From Planctomycetota bacterium (GTDB taxonomy: Bacteria > Planctomycetota > MHYJ01 > WSZJ01 > JACPWG01), in the NCBI GenBank assembly GCA_016197205.1, contig JACPWG010000081.1, positions 151,657 to 215,656 of the forward strand: 64,000 nt of DNA. The letters run 5' to 3'. Below the pieces are notes generated by a model that ran no database searches, was not told the DNA's origin, and saw nothing but the letters and a program-made list of their open reading frames with translations. Positions 1 to 9,334 of this stretch are shown here, piece by piece (position 1 is the first letter of the stretch; each line of letters starts with the position of its first letter). The translations under genes were made by a program, and so were the position numbers.

Positions 1-261
1 CCCGATCTTCCCTCTGGGCGCGCTCATGGGCAAGAATCTCGTCGATCGGACCGGAGGCCTAGCGGTCGGACAGGGGCTGGCCGAGGGTTGACTGGGGTGA
101 CGGGTTCCGGTGCATGTTCCCGGGACGGGCCCCGCGAGAGCTTTACGCCTTCCCTTGTCCGCGATCTTACCCCTCTGCGTGTCTTCGATCAAGCGCCACT
201 ATGGAGGCGAGCGCCACGACGCGGGCCTTTACCCTCCGGCCGGGAGTGCATTCCCCCGCGG

Positions 262-1164
262 TCAGTGCCCCGGCGGCTGCAGATGCTTCAACTCCGCCTC
301 CGCCAGCGTGTGGCAGACGGGGCAGTAGTCGTCACCGAGGCCGTCCAGGTCTTCGACGCGCTCCACGCGAAACATGGCGCAGCCCGGGCGCCGGCAATTC
401 TGGTCGGTGTGCAGCAGGGTATGTCCGAGGGCCTGAAGGGCCGCACGGAAGAGCCTTCGGGAGGCGACGGCGGCATCGCCGCCGGCGGCGCCCCGCTCGA
501 GCCCGGCCGTGGAGACGACGGCCGCGGCGCCGAAGCCGTGCCCGACGCCCGCGACCCAGGCGCGTCCCGGCCGCGCCAGCTCGCGATCGGTGACGAGCAG
601 GAGCCGGCCGTGTTCCCCTCGCACGTGCTGCGCCGTGAGGTCGAGCATCGTTTCGGCGTTCGTCGCGCCTCCGTCGATGCGCGGGAGGCCGGTGAAGGAC
701 AACGGGGAGGCTTCGCTCTCCACGGGGAGCCGCATGCGCGCGGCGAGGAAGGCCTCGAGGGTCGCGCGAAGCCCCTGCTCGATGTTGCCGTCCAGGAGCA
801 GGAGAAAGCGGCCTTCGAGCTCGAACGTGGGCTCGAGGTGCGGCGGCGGGCGGCGGGGCGGCCCATAGGAGGGGAGCATGCGAGTTTGCAGGAGGATGAA
901 GGTCCGCGCCAGCTCGCGCGTCTCCGCGTCCCCGGATTCTCGAAACGCATGGCAAAGGCCGTCCACGGCGGCGGGGCTGCCGAAGCTGGACATGGCGTAG
1001 ACGGCCGCGCGGGAAACGGCGGGGTCGGGCGACAGCGCTTCCTTCTCGAGCGCCGCGAGGCGCCACGGCGGGTAGCCAAGCACGCCGGCCAGCACGAGGA
1101 GCAGGGCGAGGATCGTCCAGCGGGCGCCGGCGGACAGAGGCAGGCGCAAGGCGGGGGGGGACAT
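262..1164 (-). CDS. Membrane-anchored HEAT-repeat / archaemetzincin-like protein (probably catalytically degenerate)
   Basis: N-terminal TM segment (WTILALLLVLAGVLG) and a HEAT-like segment. The C-terminus QALGHTLLHTDQNCRRPGCAM...DDYCPVC resembles the M54 archaemetzincin HExGH..C..C.M..C..C tail. Start placed at ATG 1164 because the longer ORF runs through repeats. Confidence 0.6.
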   Translation of the reverse strand: MSPPALRLPLSAGARWTILALLLVLAGVLGYPPWRLAALEKEALSPDPAVSRAAVYAMSSFGSPAAVDGLCHAFRESGDAETRELARTFILLQTRMLPSYGPPRRPPPHLEPTFELEGRFLLLLDGNIEQGLRATLEAFLAARMRLPVESEASPLSFTGLPRIDGGATNAETMLDLTAQHVRGEHGRLLLVTDRELARPGRAWVAGVGHGFGAAAVVSTAGLERGAAGGDAAVASRRLFRAALQALGHTLLHTDQNCRRPGCAMFRVERVEDLDGLGDDYCPVCHTLAEAELKHLQPPGH

Positions 1165-1206
1165 GGAGGCCTCCGGGAGCAGGCCGCGAGGGCGCAGCGG
1201 GTACGA

Positions 1207-1541
1207 GTGGCCCGTCGACGCAGTCCAGGCACGATGCCTGAGTACCGCTCCACGGAAGTCGGTGACCAATAGGCGAAGGCAAGTTTGGCTGCCCGCGAGG
1301 CGCGCGAGCGAGGCGTAGTAACGGAGAACTACGGCGAGCGAGCGCAACAAAGCGAGCGGCCAAAATCGCCGAGCAAATTGGTCACCCAATTCTGTGAGGC
1401 GGTACTGAGGGCGCGGGCTTCCCTCCTTCGCTCGCACGACGCGAGCTACGGAGCGCAGGTCGGCCCGCGCGAACGGCCGCATGGGTTACGACCCGCTTTG
1501 GCTGAGTCGACGACTGTGTCCAAAGTTAGTCAAGGGGCAAC
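1207..1541. mobile_element. Repeat family D copy (MITE-like) carrying a nested family A insertion
   Basis: Ends GTGGCCCGTCGACGCAGTCC and GTTAGTCAAGGGGCAAC. Internal sequence matches the uninterrupted copy at 37001-37129. Confidence 0.7.
1242..1405. mobile_element. MITE family A, copy 1 (164 bp)
   Basis: Imperfect TIRs GTACCGCTCCACGGAA / TTCTGTGAGGCGGTAC flanked by a TGA...TGA 3-bp duplication. Three further complete copies and one partial copy occur in the window. Confidence 0.85.
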
Positions 1542-1570
1542 TGGCGCAGGCCTGGGACGACGACGTCCGG

Positions 1571-2506
1571 CTACCTCAGCGGCCACGGGCGTTCCCAGGT
1601 CCCGGGAGGCGGCGGGAGCGCGCCGGGTGCTTCCGGGTGAAGCAAGGCGTGCAGGATTTCCAGGCCGTCCACGAGACTCGGACCGGGCGCGCTGAAGTAC
1701 GAGTCGCCGTCTAAGGCGAACACCTGATCCCGCTGCACGGCGGGTAGCTCCTTCCACCCTTCCCGCTCGCACAGGCCCGCTGCCTCCCGCGCGGTCCGCT
1801 CCAGACCGAAGCCGCAGGGCAGGAGGAAGACGGCCTCCGGGGCGCCCGCGACGAACGCCTCCCAGGGAAGCCGCGCGGAAGGGGCGCGCGCGCGGCCGAA
1901 GAGGTCCTCCCCACCGGCGATGTCGACCATTTCGGGGATCCAATGGCCGGCGGCCCAGAGCGGCTCGAGCCACTCGAGGCAGGCGACGCGGGGGCGGGTT
2001 CGAAGCGGACGCGCTCGCGTGAGCACGTCGTCGATGCGGCGCCGCAGCGCGGCGACGGCCGCCCGGGCCGCGTCCTCCGCTCCGGCGGCGGCGCCGACGC
2101 GCTCGACGTCGCCGAGCACGTCCTCCAGCCCCTGCGGGTCGAGCGAGAGCAGCGCGGGCGCTTTCGGCAACCGCTCCATGGCGCGGCGCACCTCGGCGTA
2201 GGGGGTCGCGCAGACCGTGCAGAGGTCTTGCGTGACGACGAGGTCGGGCGCGAGTTCCCGGACCGCGGCCTCGTCCAATCGGTAGAGCCCCTGCCCGGCC
2301 TCCAACTGTTCCGTCACCAGCCGGTCGATCTCCGCGCTCGACCGCCCCTCGAGAGGTGTCGTGTTCGACACGACGACCCGCGGCGTCGCGGCCCCGGGCG
2401 GGAGCTTGCATTCGTGCGTTGTGCCGACCACGCGGGCGCCGAGCCCGAGGTGGAAAAGGATTTGCGTCGCGCTCGGGACGAGGGAGACGATTCGCTGGGC
2501 GGCCAT
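1571..2506 (-). CDS. Cobalamin/Fe-siderophore-binding protein (BtuF/TroA-like fold)
   Basis: RIVSLVPSATQIL...VVGTTHEC, PDLVVTQDLCTVCA, LEWLEPLWAAGHW and YFSAPGPSLVDG motifs. Confidence 0.85.
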   Translation of the reverse strand: MAAQRIVSLVPSATQILFHLGLGARVVGTTHECKLPPGAATPRVVVSNTTPLEGRSSAEIDRLVTEQLEAGQGLYRLDEAAVRELAPDLVVTQDLCTVCATPYAEVRRAMERLPKAPALLSLDPQGLEDVLGDVERVGAAAGAEDAARAAVAALRRRIDDVLTRARPLRTRPRVACLEWLEPLWAAGHWIPEMVDIAGGEDLFGRARAPSARLPWEAFVAGAPEAVFLLPCGFGLERTAREAAGLCEREGWKELPAVQRDQVFALDGDSYFSAPGPSLVDGLEILHALLHPEAPGALPPPPGTWERPWPLR

Positions 2507-2646
2507 GGGATCTCGCGCACGCTGTCTGAGGCTGGAGAGTCCGATCCGACCGGCGTCGGGTGGCCAGGGGATTGCCGCGCCCCGACCGCGGGACCCGGGC
2601 GCCCCGGCGGCTCTGGTATTTTACCGATGGTCGTGCGGCGGGTCGA

Positions 2647-2817
2647 GGGCACGGCAACGCCGTGCCCCTACGCTTCGGCGTTCGCGAGCGCATGCCGCTA
2701 CGTCGCGGCCCGCAGTCGCCACGGAGGCCGGCCTGGCCCCTTGTCCGCCGGTCGGCTACGGCCGCGCGGCAACCGAGTCCGTCGTCGGAGCAGGTGGGGC
2801 ACGGCGTTGCCGTGCCC
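2647..2817. repeat. Pair of GTAG-type REP palindromes
   Basis: GGGCACGGCAACGCCGTGCCCCTAC (2647-2671) and an inverted copy GTGGGGCACGGCGTTGCCGTGCCC (2794-2817). A third copy lies at 53426-53450. Confidence 0.75.
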
Positions 2818-2828
2818 TCACATGCACG

Positions 2829-4298
2829 CTACGCGTTCAGGTCGATCCACACGCTCTTCACCTGCGTGTACTGCTCCAGCGCGTGCTGCCCCAGCTCGCG
2901 GCCGAAACCGCTCTGCTTGTACCCGCCGAACGGAGACGCCGGATCGTAGTAGTTGTAGGTGTTCACCCACACCGTCCCGGCCTTCAGCCGGCGCGCGACC
3001 CGATGCGCCTTCTTCACGTCCCGCGTCCAGACCGCCGCCGCGAGCCCGTAGCACGTGTCGTTCGCCTTCGCGACCGCGTCTTCCTCGTCGCCGAACGTCA
3101 GGACCGACAGCACCGGTCCGAAGATCTCCTCGCGGGCGATCTTCATTCGGTTCTCGACCCCATCGAAGATCGTGGGCTGGACGTAGTAGCCACGACCCGC
3201 GCCGACCACGGCGCGCTCGCCGCCGAGCTTCAGCTCCGCGCCTTCCTGCTTGCCCGCCGCGCAATAGCCGAGGACCTTCTCGAACTGGTCCTTGCTCGCG
3301 ACCGGCCCCATCCGGGTCTTCGGGTCGAGCGGGTCGCCGGGGACCATCTTCTTCGCCCGCTCGACCACCTTCGCGACCAGCTCGTCGTGCGCCGCGGCCT
3401 GCACGAGGAGGCGCGAACCCGCCGCGCAGACCTCCCCCTTGTTGTAGAAGATGCCGGCCACCGCCCCGCGCGCCGCCGCGTCGAGGTCCGCGTCGGCCAG
3501 GACGACGTTCGGCGATTTGCCGCCCAGCTCGAGCGAGAGCTTCTTCACGGTCGCCGCCGCCTCGCGCATGATCGCCTGGCCGGTGGAGGTCTCGCCCGTG
3601 AACGCGATCTTGTCCACGCCGGGGTGGCGGACGAGGGCCATGCCGGCGCCGCTGCCCGCCCCGGTCAGGACGTTGAAGGCGCCGTCCGGCAGCCCCGCCT
3701 CCTGCATGAGCTCCCCGAGCTTGAGCGCGGTGAGCGGCGTCTGTCTCGAGGGCTTCAGGATCACCGCGTTCCCCGCAGCCAGCGCCGGCGCGATTTTCCA
3801 CGAGGCGAGGAGGAGCGGGAAGTTCCAGGGCGTGATCGCGGCGACCACGCCGAGCGGCTCGCGCAGCGTATAGTTGAAAAAATTGCCGCGGACCGGGATC
3901 GTCTCCCCCTGGATCTTCGTGGCCCACCCGGCGTAATACTGGAACACCTCGGCGACCATCGGGATGTCGATGTTGCGGGACTCGGCGATCGGCTTCCCGA
4001 CGTCAATCGTCTCGAGGTAGGCCAGCTCGTCCGCGTACTTCAGCACGAGCTCGCCGATCCGCCAGACGATCTTCCCCCGGTCGGCGGCGGCCATCGTGCC
4101 CCAGGGCTTCTCCTCGAAGGCCTTGCGCGCCGCGGCCACGGCCGCGTCCGCGTCGCGCTCGTCCCCGAACGCGATCTGTGCGATCACCTCCTCGGTCGCG
4201 GGGTTGACGGTTTCGAAGGTCTTCCCCGAGGCCGCCTCCTGCCACCGCCCGCCGATGAGGAGCTTGCCGGGCTTCACGGGAAACGTCGCGGTCGCCAT
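2829..4298 (-). CDS. NAD(P)-dependent aldehyde dehydrogenase
   Basis: ITPWNFP, FTGETSTG, LELGGKSP, GEVCAAG (catalytic Cys), EEIFGPV, PFGGYKQSG. Confidence 0.95.
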   Translation of the reverse strand: MATATFPVKPGKLLIGGRWQEAASGKTFETVNPATEEVIAQIAFGDERDADAAVAAARKAFEEKPWGTMAAADRGKIVWRIGELVLKYADELAYLETIDVGKPIAESRNIDIPMVAEVFQYYAGWATKIQGETIPVRGNFFNYTLREPLGVVAAITPWNFPLLLASWKIAPALAAGNAVILKPSRQTPLTALKLGELMQEAGLPDGAFNVLTGAGSGAGMALVRHPGVDKIAFTGETSTGQAIMREAAATVKKLSLELGGKSPNVVLADADLDAAARGAVAGIFYNKGEVCAAGSRLLVQAAAHDELVAKVVERAKKMVPGDPLDPKTRMGPVASKDQFEKVLGYCAAGKQEGAELKLGGERAVVGAGRGYYVQPTIFDGVENRMKIAREEIFGPVLSVLTFGDEEDAVAKANDTCYGLAAAVWTRDVKKAHRVARRLKAGTVWVNTYNYYDPASPFGGYKQSGFGRELGQHALEQYTQVKSVWIDLNA

Positions 4299-4533
4299 GG
4301 TCGGGTCACTCCCTAGCGCGGCAGAGCCGCAACCCAACGCGGCGACGTCGAAAGCGCCGCGCTAGAAAATCCCAAATCCCAAATCCCAACGCGGCGGAGT
4401 TGCAACCAAGAAAGTCGATGTCACGCCGCGTCATGGCCCCAACCCTTGTGCCGCAAGGCTTTCAGGCTAGGCCCCGAAATTTCCTTTCCGCGAACGAACG
4501 AGTCTTGGCGACAATAAACTCTCGTGCTCCTAC

Positions 4534-4641
4534 TTAGCCGGGGAGGCCCCGGAGGAGGAACTTCCACAGAAACGTCAAGATGCCGGCGAAGACAAGGCCG
4601 GCCGCGAAGAGGATCAGGATCCGTCGCAGGTTGGAAGCCAT
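4534..4641 (-). CDS. Putative 35-aa single-pass membrane microprotein
   Basis: ATG-TAA ORF MASNLRRILILFAAGLVFAGILTFLWKFLLRGLPG. It starts 18 nt after the enoyl-CoA hydratase stop on the same strand. Confidence 0.5.
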   Translation of the reverse strand: MASNLRRILILFAAGLVFAGILTFLWKFLLRGLPG

Positions 4642-4659
4642 CGCGTGCGTTCCGACCCG

Positions 4660-5448
4660 CTACTTGCCGGTGAAAGCCGCCTGGCGCTTCTCGACGTACG
4701 ACGTGAGCCCTTCCTTCGCGTCCGAGCTCTTGAAGAGCTGTTGCTGCAGCTCGCGCTCGAGCGTGAGCGCGGACTCGAACGGGATCTCCGCGCCCGACTG
4801 CACGGAGCGCTTGATCCGGCCGACGGCGAGCGAGGCCTTGTTCGGCGGCGTGAACTGCGTCGCGTAGTCCATCACCTTCGTCATGAAGCCGTCGGATTCG
4901 TAGATGAACGTAACGATGCCGAGCTGGTGGGCTTCATCGAAGCCGAAGAGGCGGCCGCTCACCATGAGCTCGATCGCGCGTGCCTTCCCGACGATGCGCA
5001 CGAGTCGCTGCGTGCCGCCGGTGCCGGGGAGGACGCCCAGGCTGACCTCGGGCAGGCCGCACTTGCTGTCCCCCTTGCGCGCGATCCGGAGGTCGCAGGC
5101 CATGGCGATCTCGAGGCCGCCGCCGACGCAGTTGCCGTTGATCGCGGCGATCGTCAGCTTCGGCGTCTGTTCCAGGCGCGAGAGGGTCTCGTTGGCGTGC
5201 AGGCAGAAGTAATACTTGAATTCCGGCGTGACGCTCGCGAGCATCTTGATGTTCGCGCCGGCGGAGAAGAACTTGTCCCCCTTGCCGGTGAGGACGATGA
5301 CGTGGGCATTGACGTCGAAGCGGGCCGCCAGGATCGCCTCGTCCAGGTCGCGCATCATCTCGTGCGTGTAGGTGTTCGCAGGCGGGTCGTCCATCTCGAT
5401 GATGGCGACGCCGCGTTCGGTGCGATAGTTGACGAGCTTCTTCGACAT
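4660..5448 (-). CDS. Enoyl-CoA hydratase/isomerase (crotonase family)
   Basis: FFSAGANI, AAINGNCVGGGLEIAMACDLRIA, GLPEVSLGVLPGTGGTQRL; GAGGAG RBS upstream of ATG 5448. Confidence 0.93.
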   Translation of the reverse strand: MSKKLVNYRTERGVAIIEMDDPPANTYTHEMMRDLDEAILAARFDVNAHVIVLTGKGDKFFSAGANIKMLASVTPEFKYYFCLHANETLSRLEQTPKLTIAAINGNCVGGGLEIAMACDLRIARKGDSKCGLPEVSLGVLPGTGGTQRLVRIVGKARAIELMVSGRLFGFDEAHQLGIVTFIYESDGFMTKVMDYATQFTPPNKASLAVGRIKRSVQSGAEIPFESALTLERELQQQLFKSSDAKEGLTSYVEKRQAAFTGK

Positions 5449-5486
5449 CTCGGCTACTCCTCGTTGCGTCTCAGGTAAAGACCTTA

Positions 5487-5739
5487 GGGCCCGTAGGAAA
5501 AGAACTGGCTCGCTTAGCGGGCAGAGGAGCGACATGAATTCTCAATGCTCAATTCTCAAAACTCAGACAAGGCTCAAGGTTCAATTCTCAATGACCACCA
5601 TGGAACGCAGCACGGGCAAGGAATCACGGACTCTGAGCCTTGAACGTTGAGCCTTGTCTGGAAATTGATCATTGAGCCTTGAGCCTTTTCATGAGGAGCT
5701 CCCTGGTTTTCGAACTGCATGTTGTTTCTTGACAGGCCC
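5487..5739. mobile_element. MITE family B, copy 1 (uninterrupted, 253 bp)
   Basis: TIRs GGGCCCGTAGGAAA / TTTCTTGACAGGCCC with TTA...TTA duplication. Internal 7-mer arrays (ATTCTCA/GGCTCAA and TTGAGCC). Homologous to 26215-26636 and 53540-54001. Confidence 0.85.
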
Positions 5740-5820
5740 TTAGGCTGGTCCGTAGGGGTCGTTGAGGCCTCCGTGTCTCCGTGGTGAACTCGTGCGGGCG
5801 GTCAATCGTCCTCCGGACGG

Positions 5821-6126
5821 TTACACCTGCACCCACACGTCCTCTCCCTCGACCTTCGTCGGATACGAGGGCACCCGCACGGCGGGGTTGTCGGGGCAGA
5901 TGCCCGTCCCGACGTCGAACGGCCACGCGTGCAGGGGGCACGAGACCGTCGCGCCGTCGAGGGCGCCCAGGCCGAGCGACCCTCCGCGATGCGGGCAGAC
6001 GTTGCCGAGCGCGCGGAAGTCGCCGCCGACGTTGAAAAGGGCCAGGGCCAAGTCGCCCGCCTTCACCACGCGGCCGGTGCCGGGGGGGACGTCGGCGACC
6101 CGGGCCACCCGAACGAGCGTCGCCAT
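5821..6126 (-). CDS. Rieske [2Fe-2S] ferredoxin
   Basis: CPHRGG...CPLHAW Rieske ligand motifs; about 101 aa from ATG 6126. Confidence 0.9.
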   Translation of the reverse strand: MATLVRVARVADVPPGTGRVVKAGDLALALFNVGGDFRALGNVCPHRGGSLGLGALDGATVSCPLHAWPFDVGTGICPDNPAVRVPSYPTKVEGEDVWVQV

Positions 6127-6326
6127 CTGAAAGAAAGGCTCCGTGACTCTGTTCGAAGCGACGACCGCGCCGCGGGGGGGTGTATTATCCCCGCCGCGCC
6201 ACGGGATGCAAGCGATTTTCCGGAAAACCCTGGACACTGCTCGTTCGGAAGGGCTACAATTCCAGAGGTTAAAAAGCCGTTCGCCCGCGCCCCTCCGAGC
6301 CGGCTCGCCCCTGGAAAGGACCTCCC

Positions 6327-8150
6327 ATGCCTGCGCGGCTCCGCCCCTCTCGTCCCGTCGCGACCCGCCTCCGCGTGTCGGCCGCCTTCCTGGCCGGAGT
6401 CGTCCTGGGTGCGAGCCCGCCGCCGCTCCCTGCCGACGAGGGGCCGCGGGAATTCCTCGAGACACTACACCCCGACGCGCGCGCCTTCGCCGCGCGCGTC
6501 ACGTCACCCACGACCTACCGGATCGACTTCGAACTCGACCCGGACTTCCTGACCTTCAAGGGGCGCGAGGAGGTCACGCTCGTCAATCGGAGCCGCACGC
6601 CGTTCCAGGAGGCCTGCTTCCACATCTACCCGAATGCGTCCTTCGTCGCCGAGGAAGGCACGCGGAACATCGTCGTGACGCGCGCCGCGGCACAGGGGGC
6701 CGAGGCGGCATTCACCCTCTCCGGGACCGTCCTGCGCGTCCCGCTCGCGGCACCGGTCGCTCCGGGCGCGAGCGTGAAGGTCGAGATCTCGTGGAAGGGG
6801 ATCCTGCCGCGGCAGAGCGGGGAGCAGAAGGACATGATGGCGCAGGGCATGGAGCAGCTCGGCGAGATGCTCGGCGCCGCGGCGAAGGAGAAGCAAGGGG
6901 ACTACGGCCTCTACGCCGCCGTGAAGGGGACCTTGAACATGGCCCTCTGGTACCCGGCACTCGCCGCGTATGAGGACGCGAAGGGCTGGGACACGCGTGC
7001 GCCGAGCGGCATCGGCGACTTCGGGTTTTTCGAGGTCTCGAACTACGAAGTGCGCCTCACGGTACCGCGCGACATGTCGGTCGCCTGCTCCGGCATCCAG
7101 GTCGCTGAGGCCCCCGCCCCCGCGGGCGGCGACCTCGTCACGCGGACCTTCCGCGCGGGATACGCGCGCGATTTCGTCGTGCAGATGAGCCGGAAGTTCA
7201 AGCGCGTGAGTCGCGACGTGGACGGCGTCACGGTGAACTCCTGGTATCTGCCGGGAGACGAGGCGGGCGGGCGAAAAGTGTTGGAGTACGCGGCGGCCGC
7301 CGTGGCGCTCTACAACCGGATGTACGGCATGTATGCCTACCGGGAGCTGGACCTCGTCGAGGCGCACCTCAAGGGGGGCGCGGGCGGCGTGGAGTTCCCG
7401 GGGTGCGTGACGGTCAACTCCATGTTCTACCCTTCGGGCGCGAAGGCGGCGACCGGAGGCGGTCAACTCGGGGAGCTGATGAAGCAGCTCGGCGGCGGCG
7501 CGGGCGGGCTGGACCTGGAGGCGATGCTCGAGTTCACGGTCGTGCATGAGGTCTCGCACCAGTGGTGGAACGCCGCCGTGGGGAGCGATGCGCAGGAGTA
7601 CCCGTTCATCGACGAGTCGATGGCGAACTGCACCTCGGTGCTTTATTTCGAGAGCTGCCACGGTCCCGAGGCGGCGAAGGCGCAGACGGCCTCGCAACTC
7701 GCGATGCCCTTCCAGATGCTGGGGCTCTTCGGGACGAAGGACGCGGCCGTGAACCAGCCGGCGTCCGCGTTCAAGAATTCGATGCAGTACGCGGCCGTGG
7801 TGTACGGGAAGGGCGCGCTGTACTATTTGAAGCTGCGGGAGCTGACCGGGGTGAAGGCGTGGGAGGCGGGCGTCCAGGAGTATTATCGCGCCTACTTTTT
7901 CGGCATCGCCCCGCCGCGCGGGCTGACCGACGCCGTGGCCAAGGCCTCGGGGCGGGCGGCGGAAGTGGACCGGCTCTATCGGCGGTGGATCCTCGAGACG
8001 CACGGCGTGGAGGACATCGGCGCGGAGAATTCGATGCTCGACAACCCGCTCGTGAAGGAGCTGCTCGGCGGCGCCGCGGGCGGGGGCGGCGGGGCCGACC
8101 TGAAGGAACTCGAGGACCTCCTCAAGGAACTCGGGGGAGGCAAGGAATGA
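6327..8150 (+). CDS. Secreted M1-family zinc aminopeptidase
   Basis: Signal-like N-terminus, GGVEFPG, HEVSHQWW followed by IDES, YGKGA. Confidence 0.9.
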   Translation: MPARLRPSRPVATRLRVSAAFLAGVVLGASPPPLPADEGPREFLETLHPDARAFAARVTSPTTYRIDFELDPDFLTFKGREEVTLVNRSRTPFQEACFHIYPNASFVAEEGTRNIVVTRAAAQGAEAAFTLSGTVLRVPLAAPVAPGASVKVEISWKGILPRQSGEQKDMMAQGMEQLGEMLGAAAKEKQGDYGLYAAVKGTLNMALWYPALAAYEDAKGWDTRAPSGIGDFGFFEVSNYEVRLTVPRDMSVACSGIQVAEAPAPAGGDLVTRTFRAGYARDFVVQMSRKFKRVSRDVDGVTVNSWYLPGDEAGGRKVLEYAAAAVALYNRMYGMYAYRELDLVEAHLKGGAGGVEFPGCVTVNSMFYPSGAKAATGGGQLGELMKQLGGGAGGLDLEAMLEFTVVHEVSHQWWNAAVGSDAQEYPFIDESMANCTSVLYFESCHGPEAAKAQTASQLAMPFQMLGLFGTKDAAVNQPASAFKNSMQYAAVVYGKGALYYLKLRELTGVKAWEAGVQEYYRAYFFGIAPPRGLTDAVAKASGRAAEVDRLYRRWILETHGVEDIGAENSMLDNPLVKELLGGAAGGGGGADLKELEDLLKELGGGKE

Positions 8151-9316
8151 GCCTTCTCGAAGGCGCTCGTCGCGGGACGAGGGAGCGGTCGAAGTCTCTC
8201 GCCGTGCGCATCCGCGCGGCGCAGGCCCTCGCCGACCAGCGCCGCATCGAGGAGGCGGAGGCGGCCTACCAGTCGGTGCTCGCCGACGCGCCCGACTCGT
8301 GGATCGCGGCGAACAACCTGGGTGCGCTCCATGCCCGCGAAGGCGACCTGCAGACGGCCCTCGCGCACTACCTGCGCGCCTGGGAATATTCGCGGGAGCA
8401 CGAGGCGGTCGCGGTCAATCTCGCGGACGCGTACCTGCGGATGGGTCGCCACTCGGACACCGTCGCCACCTGCACGCAGGCCCTGGGGCGCGGGTGCCGG
8501 TCCGGGCCCGTGTACCACGCCCTCATCGAGGCCTCCGCACGCCTCCACAAGTACGACCTCGCCGCCGCGACCATCGAGGAGTACCGGCCCCTCATTCGCG
8601 ACCAGCAGGAGTTCCTGACGGTCAACCTCACGCTCCTCGAGTGCTACGTGGCGCAAGGGCGGACCGTCGGGGTCCCGCAGATCGCCGAGGACCTGCTGGC
8701 GCTCTCCGGGCCGGACCGGCCCGAGCGCTGGTTGCGGCTGGCGCGCCTCCTGCGCCAGGCCGGCTGCCCCGATCTCGCCTTCCGCACCCTCGCGCGGATC
8801 CGGCGCGTAACCCCGGCGTGCTCCGACCTGGAGTTCGATCTGTACCAGGACTTCGAGGACATCGAGGGGCTGGTGCGAGACGTGTATTCCTCGAACGAGG
8901 AGGAGGCGAACCGGGCGTTCCGGCAGCTTTCGCGGTTCCGGACCGAGAAGATCGCCAACGCGCTGCAGCCCCTCGCGCGCCTCGACGGCACGGTCCTGGG
9001 AAAGCAGGCGAAGGACTACCTGGAACGCGTGGAGCGGGACCGCGAGCGCGACGCCGGCCCCCCGCGCTTCTTCACGTCGTTCGCCCCGACCTTTCTGCCT
9101 CCGATCGTGGTCCTCCCGCTGGACGACGACGACGGCGAGTCGGCCGCCGGCGGCGCGGAGCCGGGGCTGCGCTGGCAGTTCTCGGTCCCCGAGCCCGCGT
9201 CGGACGACACGACGCGCGCGGGCGTGCGCGGCCGGCACGCGACCGACTCCCCGCTCGTGGCCTGGATCCTCGTGCTCCTGGGGATTCTCTCCCTCCTCCT
9301 CCTGCCCCTTTTCTGA
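8147..9316 (+). CDS. Tetratricopeptide-repeat protein with C-terminal membrane anchor
   Basis: ATGA overlap with the peptidase stop; TPR motifs (AANNLGALH, AVNLADAY); hydrophobic C-terminus. Confidence 0.75.
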   Translation: MSLLEGARRGTRERSKSLAVRIRAAQALADQRRIEEAEAAYQSVLADAPDSWIAANNLGALHAREGDLQTALAHYLRAWEYSREHEAVAVNLADAYLRMGRHSDTVATCTQALGRGCRSGPVYHALIEASARLHKYDLAAATIEEYRPLIRDQQEFLTVNLTLLECYVAQGRTVGVPQIAEDLLALSGPDRPERWLRLARLLRQAGCPDLAFRTLARIRRVTPACSDLEFDLYQDFEDIEGLVRDVYSSNEEEANRAFRQLSRFRTEKIANALQPLARLDGTVLGKQAKDYLERVERDRERDAGPPRFFTSFAPTFLPPIVVLPLDDDDGESAAGGAEPGLRWQFSVPEPASDDTTRAGVRGRHATDSPLVAWILVLLGILSLLLLPLF

Positions 9317-9334
9317 GCCGTGGAGCGTAGCGGC

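Noticed and set aside
1-27. Possible start of a minus-strand gene running off the window (MSAPRGKIG)
   Set aside because: Only nine codons are visible, too few to support a call
1165-1482. N-terminal extensions such as LLVTDFRGAVL shared by several ORFs (also at 31782, 33597, 26291)
   Set aside because: They are translations of MITE A, not a protein domain
2510-2828. Cobalamin riboswitch upstream of the BtuF-like gene
   Set aside because: No B12-box or core consensus recognised; the structure is explained by REP palindromes
5536-5690. CRISPR array suggested by periodic repeats (also 26690-26820 and 27739-28110)
   Set aside because: The units are degenerate 7- to 9-mers without unique spacers, and no cas genes are present
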